The position numbers and the translations under genes are program-made. The notes below the pieces were generated by a model that was not told the origin of the DNA, searched no databases, and saw only the letters and a list, made by a program, of their open reading frames with translations. A stretch of DNA of 63,019 nucleotides, filler included, from Nemertoderma westbladi (Eukaryota > Animalia > Xenacoelomorpha): assembly GCA_032718475.1 (NCBI GenBank). It is 3 parts of 3 records of this genome, joined end to end, with 100 filler letters (N's around TTAATTAATTAA, not from the genome) between each part and the next. Parts side by side here need not be neighbours in the genome. Positions count along the whole stretch, not along the records: positions 1 to 19,546 come from JAUCBJ010005919.1; positions 19,647 to 47,483 come from JAUCBJ010003588.1; 1 more part is not named here. One strand, 5' to 3'. Position 1 is the first letter of the stretch. Every line of letters begins with the position of its first letter. This document shows positions 12,080 to 22,979 of this stretch, piece after piece.

Positions 12080-15000
12080 GAATATATTCATAAAGAGCGG
12101 CACGATCAAACTGGGCGACTTTGGTATATCTCGCGTGTTGATGGGAACTATGGACATGGCTTCAACGTTTACCGGTACGCCGTACTATATGAGTCCCGAA
12201 GTGCTGAAACACGAGGGATACGACGACAAGTCTGATATGTGGTCGGTCGGGTGTATTCTCTACGAGATGTGCACTCTGAAACACGCGTTTGAGGGTCAGT
12301 CTCTTATGGGCGTCATGTACAAGATTGTGGAAGGCAAACTACCTTCAATACCATCGCGATATTGTAAAGATATTGAAAGATTATTTAAATGGTTAGAACG
12401 CGAAAGACGTGAAATAATATTCAAATTTTTAAGAAACGGTTTTGTTTTTATCGTAAAACAAGTTGGAGAAGAAATGCAAAACAACAAATGCTGCTTGAAT
12501 TTTATTATAGACACAACAAGCTTTTATTTTTTTTGTTCCAAAAAACGTAAAAATTAGTTGAAAAATTGCGATGTGTAGATTTGAAAATGAAAAAATGTCA
12601 GTCCAAGATAAAAATTACTGTCTGTCTTACTGTCTGTCAATATGTAAGTATGTCTATCAATATGAGAGCCCAACATCTTGCTAAAGTTACCCAGTTCGAG
12701 TTTTCCTTTACGATGATTTCATTTCCGATGTCAGTTTCCCTTTGACAACATCCAAACTGTATGATTGTATGTCCAACAAACAGTAGTTATATATATTATA
12801 GCACAGACTAACCGATATACAGATAGACATACACGATTCCGTATAACGTGAAAAATTTACATAGAAAATTGAATTATTGGACAGGAAATCCCCCGTAGCC
12901 AAGACTTTAGGTTGATGATGTGCTCAAAACTGATTTGACTGACTGTAAGACACCCGGACAGACGAGAGGGTGATATCTAAGTAAGAGTTGCCGCTTTTAA
13001 ACCCTTTTCAGATTTGACATACTATCATATCCGGCCATGGCTTTATAAGTTGATTTATTTTATTTTTAAATATTGACTTACATATTGACAGTATTGAATT
13101 TCATTTTTATGAAATCTGTTTCAAACCATTATTTAACTAAACTTTCTTTTTACTTTTCAGGATGTTATCAAAAAATCCTAAGCACCGACCCGATGGTAAT
13201 AAAATCTTAGAGGACGAATTTGTGAAGAAACACTTGGAAGGGATGCAAGATCGCCAGGCGCATGGAGTTCGTTTATCGGAGCCAGTTTGGTCGGAAAGTG
13301 TCCTGCAAAGGGAGCGAACTGAAATACGGGATACATCGTGAGTAATGGGTCAGTTGAAGCTGCAGCTGTGTGGGTGGGGCGGGTGACGCGAGGTTTAACA
13401 AACAAAGATCCTTACTATCAACCAGTACTGCTCTGAGTGGGGATCAAACCTAGGTCTCCTAATGGATGTCCAGAATGATACCACTAGACCAAGTCGCTGG
13501 TGTGTTACTGCGCAGGGTATTATTTTCGCCGTAAAGGCCAGCCTGTGCACAATCTTTGGCAGGCAGGCAGTAGTTCCAGTACTCCTCTATGGGAGTCCAT
13601 GCTGGGCTCTAACTGCCGAGGACACCAAATCTCTGGATGCACATTCACAAGAATGCTACGCCGGGTTCATTGTGTCAAGTACAATGCACACATCTCCAAC
13701 CAGACACTATATAACATTGGAGGTGTCTCATTGGTTCCCCCAAGCTTGACACTAGAACAAAGACGCCTCCGCTTTGCAAGACATTGCTTTCGCCGTGAGG
13801 TCCAGCCAGTGCATAATCTTGTACTTTGGCATCCTCATGGAGTGAATGAACATGGTGAACAGCCCATGACTTTATTGATACGCATCTTTAAGGGTACTGG
13901 CCTTGAAGATGCAGATGATCTAGCAAATGTCATGGGTGATAGGGAGTTGTAGCGGCGAAATTTTGTCGACAAGCGGGCACAGCTTTCTTAAAAATGCAGC
14001 TACAATGCAGCATGCCGATCCTAGTAGGCAGGCAGGCTCATGGAGAAAATAAACAAGGTGGAGACCCCATGTTTTTTTAAAACACGACTCTTAAAGTACA
14101 CTCTCCTTGAAAATGCTGATCATTTCACGAAAGTCACGGGGGGTAAGGCGGAGTTCTGGCGACGCAATTTTGTCGATAGGCGGGTGTAACAGGCAGCTAG
14201 AGCTAATCATATCTCCAAAAGATGCTACCATAGTACCTGGTGCCTAGGCACTCAGTACTGCCGTATTACCTGATGCCGGTAGTACCTGTTGTCTCCTACA
14301 CCGGCATTGCATTCGCAATGCACGCAGCATCACAGCAAGCTAATTGTACAGTAGATTGCATGGTGGAGGCACAAATTTTATTAAGCTATAATAGCAGCTC
14401 AATGTGCAGTAATAGCCAACCTATTCCGAATATCTCCTTTAATCTGTTCTATACTGTCGGTCGTCTTCCGTCTCTTGTTTTACATTAACTCGTTTAATAT
14501 TTAAGGACATTAAAGACGAAATTAGAAGAATTACAACTTCAGACGACTTCCAACGGAGACGACATTCGACCCACCGAAAGTCTTCCTGCTCCGAAAACCG
14601 ACATTCCACCAGGTCAGTGAATTTATATTTCTATGTGATAATTTTACTAAAGCCTCCACTCCGCTCCACTAAAACGGTTACTGTTACATAAAATAAGACT
14701 AAACTCTTATCTTGTTTGAAGAGGAAGTAAAAATTATGGAACGCAATATTGCACCAGTTTTAGGACCCAATAAAAAATGGCATGGTTGGGTAATCTTGAA
14801 AAAATTTAATCAACCGAATACTGATTTTATGTACAAATATTTATTGATATTGCGTTATGTTTAACTTTTTTTTTATGTGGATTTTTTGCTCTGTGGATTT
14901 ATATTGTAATCCGTTTGTTCGGGGACATTTTTGATGTAATTAGAGGCCACGTTTGTTTCCATCTTCTATCGAACATCAATCGAAGATATCGGATGTTTAT

Positions 15001-18000
15001 AGTGTTACAAGAACCGGCGGGAGGTACAGTAACTTCATTCAGTATTTCGATTTTGTACGTAAGAGACTGCAATCCACGTAGATTTCAGTGGGTGTTATGG
15101 GTAACCTTATTTACTTTGCAGAAATATACGCTCAGTTTAGGCTAAAGTTCGGTGTTAAGCTCTAATCATAATGTTTTGAATGATAAACTTACATTGATAT
15201 ATTAAAATATCGTTATATTTAACAATGAAATTTAATATTTTACAGTAAATAAATACTTTTAATCTCGATCTTGCTTATTGTCCTAGCTCAATGAGATCGC
15301 TCTGTAAATAAGATATATCGGGGCTAGCGGGAAATAAAGCTTATTTTATTTCCTGACTAATAAATAGCTGTAACTTTATATGTCTTTAAGAAATAGATTT
15401 ATATTTTTTTTACAGATTATTTTCTCAAATTAAAAATTTTCCATACTTTTTTTTAATCCCTTTTCACTATTCATTGAGAGTATACCGGGGACTAAAGGGG
15501 TAATTTTTAAGCGAAATTTCGGTTTTTCTCTGGGTGGACTTTTTCAAGCTGTAAAATTATTTAACAAAAAACAAACAATAGTACCGGTAATTTGTAGGAA
15601 TAAGTGGTGTTTAAATGTGAAACATTGAAAAAGATTTTGGAAAGAACGGTTGTTTAGGATATTTCGTTCCGTAATAATTTCAATATATAGGTATTTCTCC
15701 GCAAGTTTGGGCCAAACTGACCCCAAAACAGAGGTTGGAGAAACGGAAACAACACAAGGCCGATATGGAGGCTGCGACACTTACTGCCGCGACGAGACAC
15801 AATTACTTTAAGACTAGAGAGCAACGCCAAGATATACAGGATTTACGGGAGGGAACAATATCTGTAAGTAAACCTCTAGGTAGGCCTATTATAATATGTA
15901 TAATCTACGGTAATGTGGAAGGCTGGGTAGCTCAGGTGTTTGAGCGCCGGTCCTAAAATCTATTGGTTGTAGGTTGGAACCCCGCTTGGATTAACTAAGC
16001 TTTTTTCAACCCATGGAGTCCACCATGATGTAAATAATACCAGGTGTTTACTTTTCGTTCGTAATTTTATATAATATGCAGACTTTGTAATTTTTTAAAT
16101 TTCTGATGAAAATAGCTGAGATATTTTCGTACTAATGTTGTTACATCATTTTGGATCCCCAGGAAGCCATCTTTTAGATATAATAAGTTATAATCAACAT
16201 TCTGGAACATGTTATTGAGAGTGTAGTAGCTGAGCAACGATGCAATTACTATTTACTGTAACTATGAAAATAAAATGTTCCAGAATATGGTTCCGCAATA
16301 TGATTGGTTATTAATATAATAAATGGCTTGCATTGGAAGCAAATACATAAATACATGCAATCTTAGACCACACATACCATATCTCAGCTAATTTCTAATC
16401 AATTTATAATGTTTTTTCCATATTTGGAATCGTTTAACGACCAGCTTCCAATTGGTACCATCAAATCTCTACTAGGTGGTAGAATAACTGAAACAGAAAC
16501 ACTTACGATTGAAAGAGAAGAGGAGGGAGGTAAACTATCTCTGTTTCATATTTCATGCAATATAATTAATTGGATTGCAATTGGATTCGATATTGTCCGG
16601 TATTGACAATCAGCGAGAAACATTGGTTGTATATTATAGTGGACAATTACTTTATGATGGACAAGAAGATATCGAGAGTTGTAAAGGAAGCATATTTATT
16701 TATTACTTGTCATATCCGTAACCTTTAAAAAATAAGATGATATCTTAACAGAAGCAGCTTAGTAACGTTGGTTTCATACACAACAATTCGCTATACTACG
16801 GATTGGCTGCCAAGTTATTAAAAAAGCTACAGCATGTTCAAACCTCGGCTGCACCCTTATATGTTTTTTAATCGCCTATAACATAGTTTATAAGGCGCTA
16901 AATAAGTATTTTTTATTATTATTGTTAAGATTTGTTTAAAAATTCTGGGGAGGGGGGGGGGGGCATGTACCTGAATAAAGACACGATGTTACGGGGCATA
17001 GCGTATTGGAATTGGTGCCTTTTTTGGAGGCCACAACCAATTTAGTTATTACTGTATAATACCCACCGCCCCGTTGTACAGTAGATTGGTTGTTTTTTCT
17101 ACTAATGACATAACATAAAAATAAATAATATCTTTAGTAGTTTATGGTCCCATAACATTTTGTTTTAGTCTCGGAGACCAGTCCCAATGGATATTCAATT
17201 ACACACAGACTTTGACCCTTCCACGTACCTCGTCGGTAGAGAAGGTCTCGGAACAGTTGTACATAAACCCGAGAGCTACGACGAAGATGATGACGTCATT
17301 GTGTCTGCGGTCCCGGCACCAACTGCTCTGAAAGTCGACCCCCCTGGATTGGACGACAGACCTATTACACCCAAAGGGACTCAGGTAAACAGTTTAAGAA
17401 GCACTCATATTTTAAGCAACTTTTATTCTTGTTGAATTGTAAGTCCCATGTGTCTAGGTGTAGTAGTTAATTCCTCTCTCCGAAATGGGGATCTGGGTGT
17501 TTTACGTTTAGGCACGGATTATTTAGCTAGGTTTCTTAAGGGCGCATCTCTGCCTTGCATCCTTAAATGATAGCTAAATGAGTACTGCAGTTTCCTCTGG
17601 GAGTATAGTTCCGGGTGGAAATCCTTGGCATAACGTCCGAATTACTTTCATACTATAACAACAATCCCTTAAGGAATCTCATTATTTATTCCTTCAAGAC
17701 TTTAGAGGCAAAGATTAAGGCTTGGGAGGGGACGTACAAACCCAGTGGTAAAGCTCCCTCTAAGTCCGTGACTCCGTTACGTAAAGGCGGCGGAAGGACG
17801 GCGGCCGGTTCCTCTCATTTACTTAGAGGAGGAAAGAAACCCACAAAGCCGATGAATATAGCCCGGGATAGACGGGGTATGTATACAAATTCGTTCTAGA
17901 ATGTTTCTTTATAAGTCTAATTTCACAGACTAATAACAAAACGCAATTATATGTCACCTAATAAATTTTGCATAACTTTTTAATTGTTTGTAACTAAGAT

Positions 18001-18184
18001 TCCCTATTGTTGGCATATTTTAGTTCAAATAGAAGACAACGTGGCGCGATTGGAGAAACAATATTTAGAAGAAGGGTTTGAACCAGAAGCTTCGGATTCT
18101 CTTAAAATCGTCGATCCTTATTCACCAACAGTGAAGGGGGATAAAATTGCTTCTATCATGTCGTATCCTTTTTCATATGTTTGA
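12080..18184 (+). CDS. NEK11: NEK11-like NIMA-related Ser/Thr kinase, 5'-partial; exons 12080-12391, 13161-13337, 14506-14612, 15691-15863, 17169-17384, 17699-17876, 18024-about 18184
   Basis: NIFIK..IKLGDFGISRVLMG...FTGTPYYMSPEVLKHEGYDDKSDMWS; MLSKNPKHRP; KLTPKQRLEKRK..ADME resembles NEK11 MTPRERMRLRK..ADE. All junctions are GT-AG and phase-consistent; the end of the last exon is uncertain. Confidence 0.85.
13430..13492 (-). mobile_element. tRNA-derived SINE-like head (degenerate)
   Basis: Minus strand: tggtctagtgg (A-box-like) ... ggtttgatccc (B-box-like); related to 18292-18370. Confidence 0.45.
13505..14190 (+). mobile_element. Older RTE 3' fragment interrupted by a younger 5'-truncated RTE copy (about 13571-14025)
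   Basis: The inner copy matches the RTE at 31852-32923 and ends gatcctagt, flanked by an aggcaggcag duplication. The outer pieces 13505-13570 and 14026-14190 are contiguous diverged RTE sequence. Confidence 0.8.
15921..15990 (+). mobile_element. tRNA-derived SINE-like head (degenerate)
   Basis: ggtagctcaggtg (A-box-like) ... ggttggaaccc (B-box-like); no convincing cloverleaf. Confidence 0.35.
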
Positions 18185-18291
18185 GAGTTATTTCTCAATT
18201 AGTTACAGTAGTTAGACCATCGACCAGTTAAGTATGAAACACAGGGTTGGGTAGGCTGCACTAAAGCACTGACTGACTGTGCCCAAACAGT

Positions 18292-18370
18292 GCTGCTCCG
18301 TCTAGGGATCGAACCAGTGCCTCCTGATTGGAAGCCCGGGAATGTCACCACTGGACCACGCTGAGGCTGC
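18292..18370 (-). mobile_element. tRNA-derived SINE-like head
   Basis: Minus strand: gcgtggtccagtgg (A box) ... ggttcgatccc (B box). Confidence 0.5.
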
Positions 18371-18882
18371 TTAATTAAATTATAATGATAATATAATAAT
18401 ATATATAATTATAATTTAATTAGCAGCAAATATTAGCGTTTCTACAGTACTTCCTGTACCCGTACAGTCTGCTAGTTGATGTTAGCTATACTGTAGTAGT
18501 ATTGTATTTATAATATAAAAATTAGATAGCGGATGTTGTCTCGATAACCATAGAGCAATGCCAAGTTTGAGATTCAGTTTAAAAGTTAATTGACCAGAGC
18601 TGTCAATTCTACATTTTGCTATAGATGTAGCAATACTGTATTATGTTAAGTAATACTGTAATATGATGTTTTCCATTAAAGTAATAATGAGCTACATAAC
18701 AACTCGCTGTTACTACTAACGGTGTCTTAATTTGGAATATTTAAATATCAACAAATATTCGAGAACTTTACTGCATTACTGATATCCAAGATTTTACAAA
18801 TGTAATATTTGTAATATAGTTAGTTAAATACAATTGAAGCTCCAATTAAATTTAATATAAAAGTTCGTCCATTGGAGACTAT

Positions 18883-19478
18883 TTAAATTGCTGGGGTTAC
18901 TGTGGCATCTGATTTCCCTAGTAACAACGTGGTTGTCTGGATTACGTCACCAACTTCATATTTGTTATCATCTTCCCTTCGATACGATTCCACAAGGACA
19001 ACCGTATTTAACTTCTTCAATCTCAACCACCACCGATAGTAGGTGCGACAACCAATGCAGCCCATGTAGCAGCTGGTTGCTAGGAAACCGATGGTCCCTG
19101 CGAACTCCAACCATGGAAACCGATCGTCGGCACTGATCCGTAAGATATCCCGGAGACCAAGGGCGAACATCGCGATGCAGACCGTCGCCAGGACATAGCC
19201 GAGTGCGGTCAATGCGAGTGTCGACTGGTCCTTGTAATTAAGGTTCATTCGGGACCAGCGGTGCAGCGGCATCACCCTGCCCGTTGTGCGATACCGGTGC
19301 TGACAAACCTCGCATCTGATAGAACCCGAGGATCCCATCCATTCTCGCAGACACCCCTGGTGAACGTGACGGGAACTGCCGCTACATTGACACGGGCTAA
19401 CCAATGACTCGTCCGATATGGGGTCGCTGGCGGATTCGTGGCCATGGCAAATACGGCAACACGTGGGCGGTACGAAAA
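18883..19478 (-). CDS. MARCH-family RING-CH (RINGv) membrane E3 ubiquitin ligase, main exon; 5' exon not seen
   Basis: The frame extends upstream of the track ORF: CRICHG...LVSPCQCSGSSRHVHQGCLREW...CEVC (C4HC3), followed by two TM helices. Candidate acceptor ttccag| at 19479, with an in-frame TGA just upstream. Confidence 0.88.
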
Positions 19479-19546
19479 CTGGAAGTCATTTCGGGTAAAA
19501 ATAATACTGACGTTCGTCGTAAACTTGTCGCTGTTTACATTATAGA

Positions 19547-19646
19547 NNNNNNNNNNNNNNNNNNNNNNNNNNNNNNNNNNNNNNNNNNNNTTAATTAATT
19601 AANNNNNNNNNNNNNNNNNNNNNNNNNNNNNNNNNNNNNNNNNNNN
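19547..19646. other. Artificial contig linker (N44 TTAATTAATTAA N44)
   Basis: Symmetric Ns around a palindromic all-frame stop linker. Confidence 0.97.
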
Positions 19647-20034
19647 ATAGGTGGAGTGAACGGGAACACTCCAAAGGGCGCCAACAAGGGTATCAACCAA
19701 TCAGAGGGGGGAAAGGCATCGATTAGGTAGAGTAACAAGGCCAACCGTGCAGTATAGCCACTTGGCAGTAATATTACCAATTCAGTTATCTCAGTGCAAT
19801 ACCGGTGCTAGTTAGGTTATTACATAGTTTTAGATAGGGAAGGACCGGGACTTTAGTTACCGTATCCCGCCTTCCGTATACGACAACATTATCTCATACT
19901 ATATCTATATCTATATCCACATGTTATATTATATACGACAAACAACATCAGAACTCGTTTCACTCTTTATACACGGCGGGGACGCGTGAACTAAAACCGG
20001 ATAAACCGGGATCCCTCTTGGATCCCGTCACAGA

Positions 20035-20301
20035 GAGTACACACAGAGGAGAGTAGGAGAGTACACACAGAGGAGAGTAGGAGAGTACACACAGAGGAGA
20101 GTAGGAGAGTACACACAGAGGAAAGTAGGAGAGTACACACAGAGGAAAGTAGGAGAGTACACACAGAGGAGAGTAGGAGAGTACACACAGAGGAGAGTAC
20201 ACACAGAGGAGAGTAGGAGAGTACATACAGAGGAGAGTAGGACACACAGAGGAGAGTAGGAGAGTACACACAGAGGAGAGTAGGAGAGTATACACAGAGG
20301 A
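20035..20301. repeat. 24-bp minisatellite (gagtacacacagaggagagtagga)
   Basis: About 11 tandem units. Confidence 0.92.
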
Positions 20302-20302
20302 G

Positions 20303-21293
20303 CCCCTTTGACTCATTTTGTTCCCCTTTGACTCATTTTGTTCACCTTTGTCTCATTTTGTTCCCCTTTGACTCGTTTTGTTCCCCTTTGACTACTTTTG
20401 TTCCCCTTTCACTCGTTTTGTTCCCCTTTGACTCATTTCGTTCCCCTTTGACTCATTTCGTTCCCCTTTGACTCGTTTTCTTCCCCTGTGACTCATTTTG
20501 TTCCCCTTTGACTCGTTTTGTTCCCCTTTGACTCGTTTTGTTCCCCTTTGATTCATTTTGTCCCCCTTTGACTCATTTCGTTCCCCTTTGACTCGTTTTG
20601 TTCCCCTTTGACTCATTTTGTTCCCCTTTGACTCGTTTTGTTCCCCTTTGACTCGTTTTGTTCCCCTTTGACTCATTTTGTTCCCCTTTGACTCATTTTG
20701 TTCCCCTTTGACTCGTTTTGTTCCCCTTTGACTCGTTCTGTTCCCCTAGACTCATTTTGTTCCCCTTTGACTCGTTTCGTTCCCCTTTAACTCGTTTTGT
20801 TCCCCTTTGACTCATTTCGTTCCCCTTTAACCCGTTTTGTTCCCCTTTGACTCGTTTTGTTCCCCTTTGACTCGTTCTGTTCCCCTAGACTCATTTTGTT
20901 CACCTTTGTCTCATTTTGTTCCCCTTTGACTCGTTTTGTTCCCCTTTGACTCATTTTGTTCCCCTTTGACTCATTTTGTTCCCCTAGACTCATTTTGTTC
21001 ACCTTTGTCTCATTTTGTTCCCCTTTGACCCGTTTTGTTCCCCTTTGACTCGTTTTGTTCCCCTTTGACTCGTTCTGTTCCCCTAGACTCATTTTGTTCA
21101 CCTTTGTCTCATTTTGTTCCCCTTTGACTCGTTATGTTCCCCTTTGACTCATTTCGTTCCCCTTTAACTCGTTTTGTTCCCCTTTGACTCATTTTGTTCC
21201 CCTTTGACTCGTTTTGTTCCCCTTTGACTCGTTTTGTTCCCCTTTGACTCATTTTGTTCACCTTTGTCTCATTTTGTTCCCCTTTGACTCGTA
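20303..21293. repeat. 20-bp minisatellite (cccctttgactcrttttgtt)
   Basis: About 50 tandem units abutting the 24-bp array. Confidence 0.95.
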
Positions 21294-21440
21294 CCCCATT
21301 GGCCGTTATACCCATTGACCTAAATCGCTATATCGCCTCAGCAGGGTGCAAAATCATGCAAATTTTTAACGCTCATATCTCAGCAAATTTTCAGCAGATT
21401 CTGTTACATAATTGGAATCCGTGCACAACCAGCTTTATAG

Positions 21441-21503
21441 TACTACTACTAGTATCGGCATGCTGCATTGCAGCTGCATTTATAAGAATGCTGTGCCGGC
21501 TGT
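21441..21503 (-). mobile_element. Extremely 5'-truncated RTE insertion (about 63 bp) with 13-bp TSD
   Basis: Matches the RTE 3' end and (TAG)n tail; accagctttatag occurs at about 21428-21440 and 21504-21516. Confidence 0.8.
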
Positions 21504-21920
21504 ACCAGCTTTATAGCAGTACAAACAATTCACTATAAGGTTGAAGAATAACTGCGGTATAACTGGTGCGATTTCGACGGAGACACTATTTTCAATCGCT
21601 TGTAGCTAAAGATGGATTAACCAGTAAGGAGGAGGGAGGTGAAACTATCTCTACTTCAAATTTCAGGCAATCTCATTAAGATTTGTAGAAATATTAGAGG
21701 GGGGGGGGGGGGGGGGGGGGGTTAGGTGACGCTGAATACGTCACCATATTCTGGGACATCTCACGCGCACCCTCACCCCAACCGAACCCAAACCAACCCC
21801 CCCCACATTCATCAGTGTAGATAAGTGTGTTACACATTATTTCGAGAGTTACTACAGTATATGTATGATTGGTCTACTGTTGGATGGTCTTGAAGGGCCT
21901 CATATAATGCTTTACAGCAT

Positions 21921-22845
21921 TTAAAGGGGGGGGGGGGGGGGGTATACCCCCCCATGAACCTTTTTTTAAATGGCTGTCAATTAGTGTTAAATGATAATAT
22001 TGCTATTTTCTCATGGTCAACCACTGTATGGAAGGCCAAATAGCCTTTATAGTAAAATTTGAAAATTTTATGGCCTCCCCTAGCGGCTGGCGGCGGAATT
22101 AAAGATTTCACTAAAATTGCTACTAGTCCCTCAATTTTGGTCCCAAATTTCTTCAAACAAACTTTTTTGGACTCAGCGTGATCGACTCTACAAAAGTTAT
22201 CTTATAGAATTTTTAATTAGCCAATTTTATTTTAATTAATTAATTTAATTAATTAATTATCATATTTTTAATTAAAATTGGTTAATTAGAAAAAATGGTA
22301 ATATTTATCAAAATTCCATAAGATAACTTTTAAAGAGCTTCCAAAACTCGTACGAATGAGCCATAAACGAAGAAAATTGGTTAAAAAATTACGGAGGAGT
22401 AGTAATTTGAAAATGAAAAATGTTATTCCGATAAAATGCCCTTCAAAGTTTAAACCGTCCCGCCAAAAGTGGATGTCTTTGTTCTGGTTGATTAATTATT
22501 TCTGGCACGAATGATGCACACCAACGAGCTAAAATTTTTATTACGGGGGCTTTTGGGGTCGCTGATTCCATTTCCGATTTTTTTTTCCGATTTCCGATCC
22601 CATTTGTCAGTTTCAATGTTTGGTGGAATCTAGTCTGTCCGTATGTCTGTCGGTCTTCTGTCTTTCTTACAATTTGACGGACAGACCGACATACGGAAAA
22701 ACAGTTAAAACTCGAGAACTAAAGCAGGTCTCACTAAGCGGTTTTCAGATTTGTAATCCTCATTAAATTCTGCTCTAGGCGAAATAAAGAAACAAGAATT
22801 TCAAAATTTGAGCAAAGGGGGGGGGGGTATCCCCCCCCCCCCTTA
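21921..22845. mobile_element. Non-autonomous DNA transposon-like element with G-rich TIRs and TTAA flanks (Kolobok-like)
   Basis: Left ttaaaggg(G)n-tata-(C)n and right (G)n-tat-(C)n-ttaa are inverted. Internal inverted repeat aaaagttatcttat (22192) / ataagataactttt (about 22318). No ORF. Confidence 0.5.
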
Positions 22846-22979
22846 ATTGATGTAAATTAGTTAAGAGTTAACCGGCATTACATTTATTTTACTACAATAA
22901 TTTATTTATTTCTTAATATTTTTTTACTTCCATACATATTAATACCGGTAACGTCCAGATTCATTAACATATTTATCGA

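Noticed and set aside
19547-19646. TTAATTAATTAA palindrome inside N runs (also 47484-47583)
   Set aside because: Artificial joining linker, not biology.
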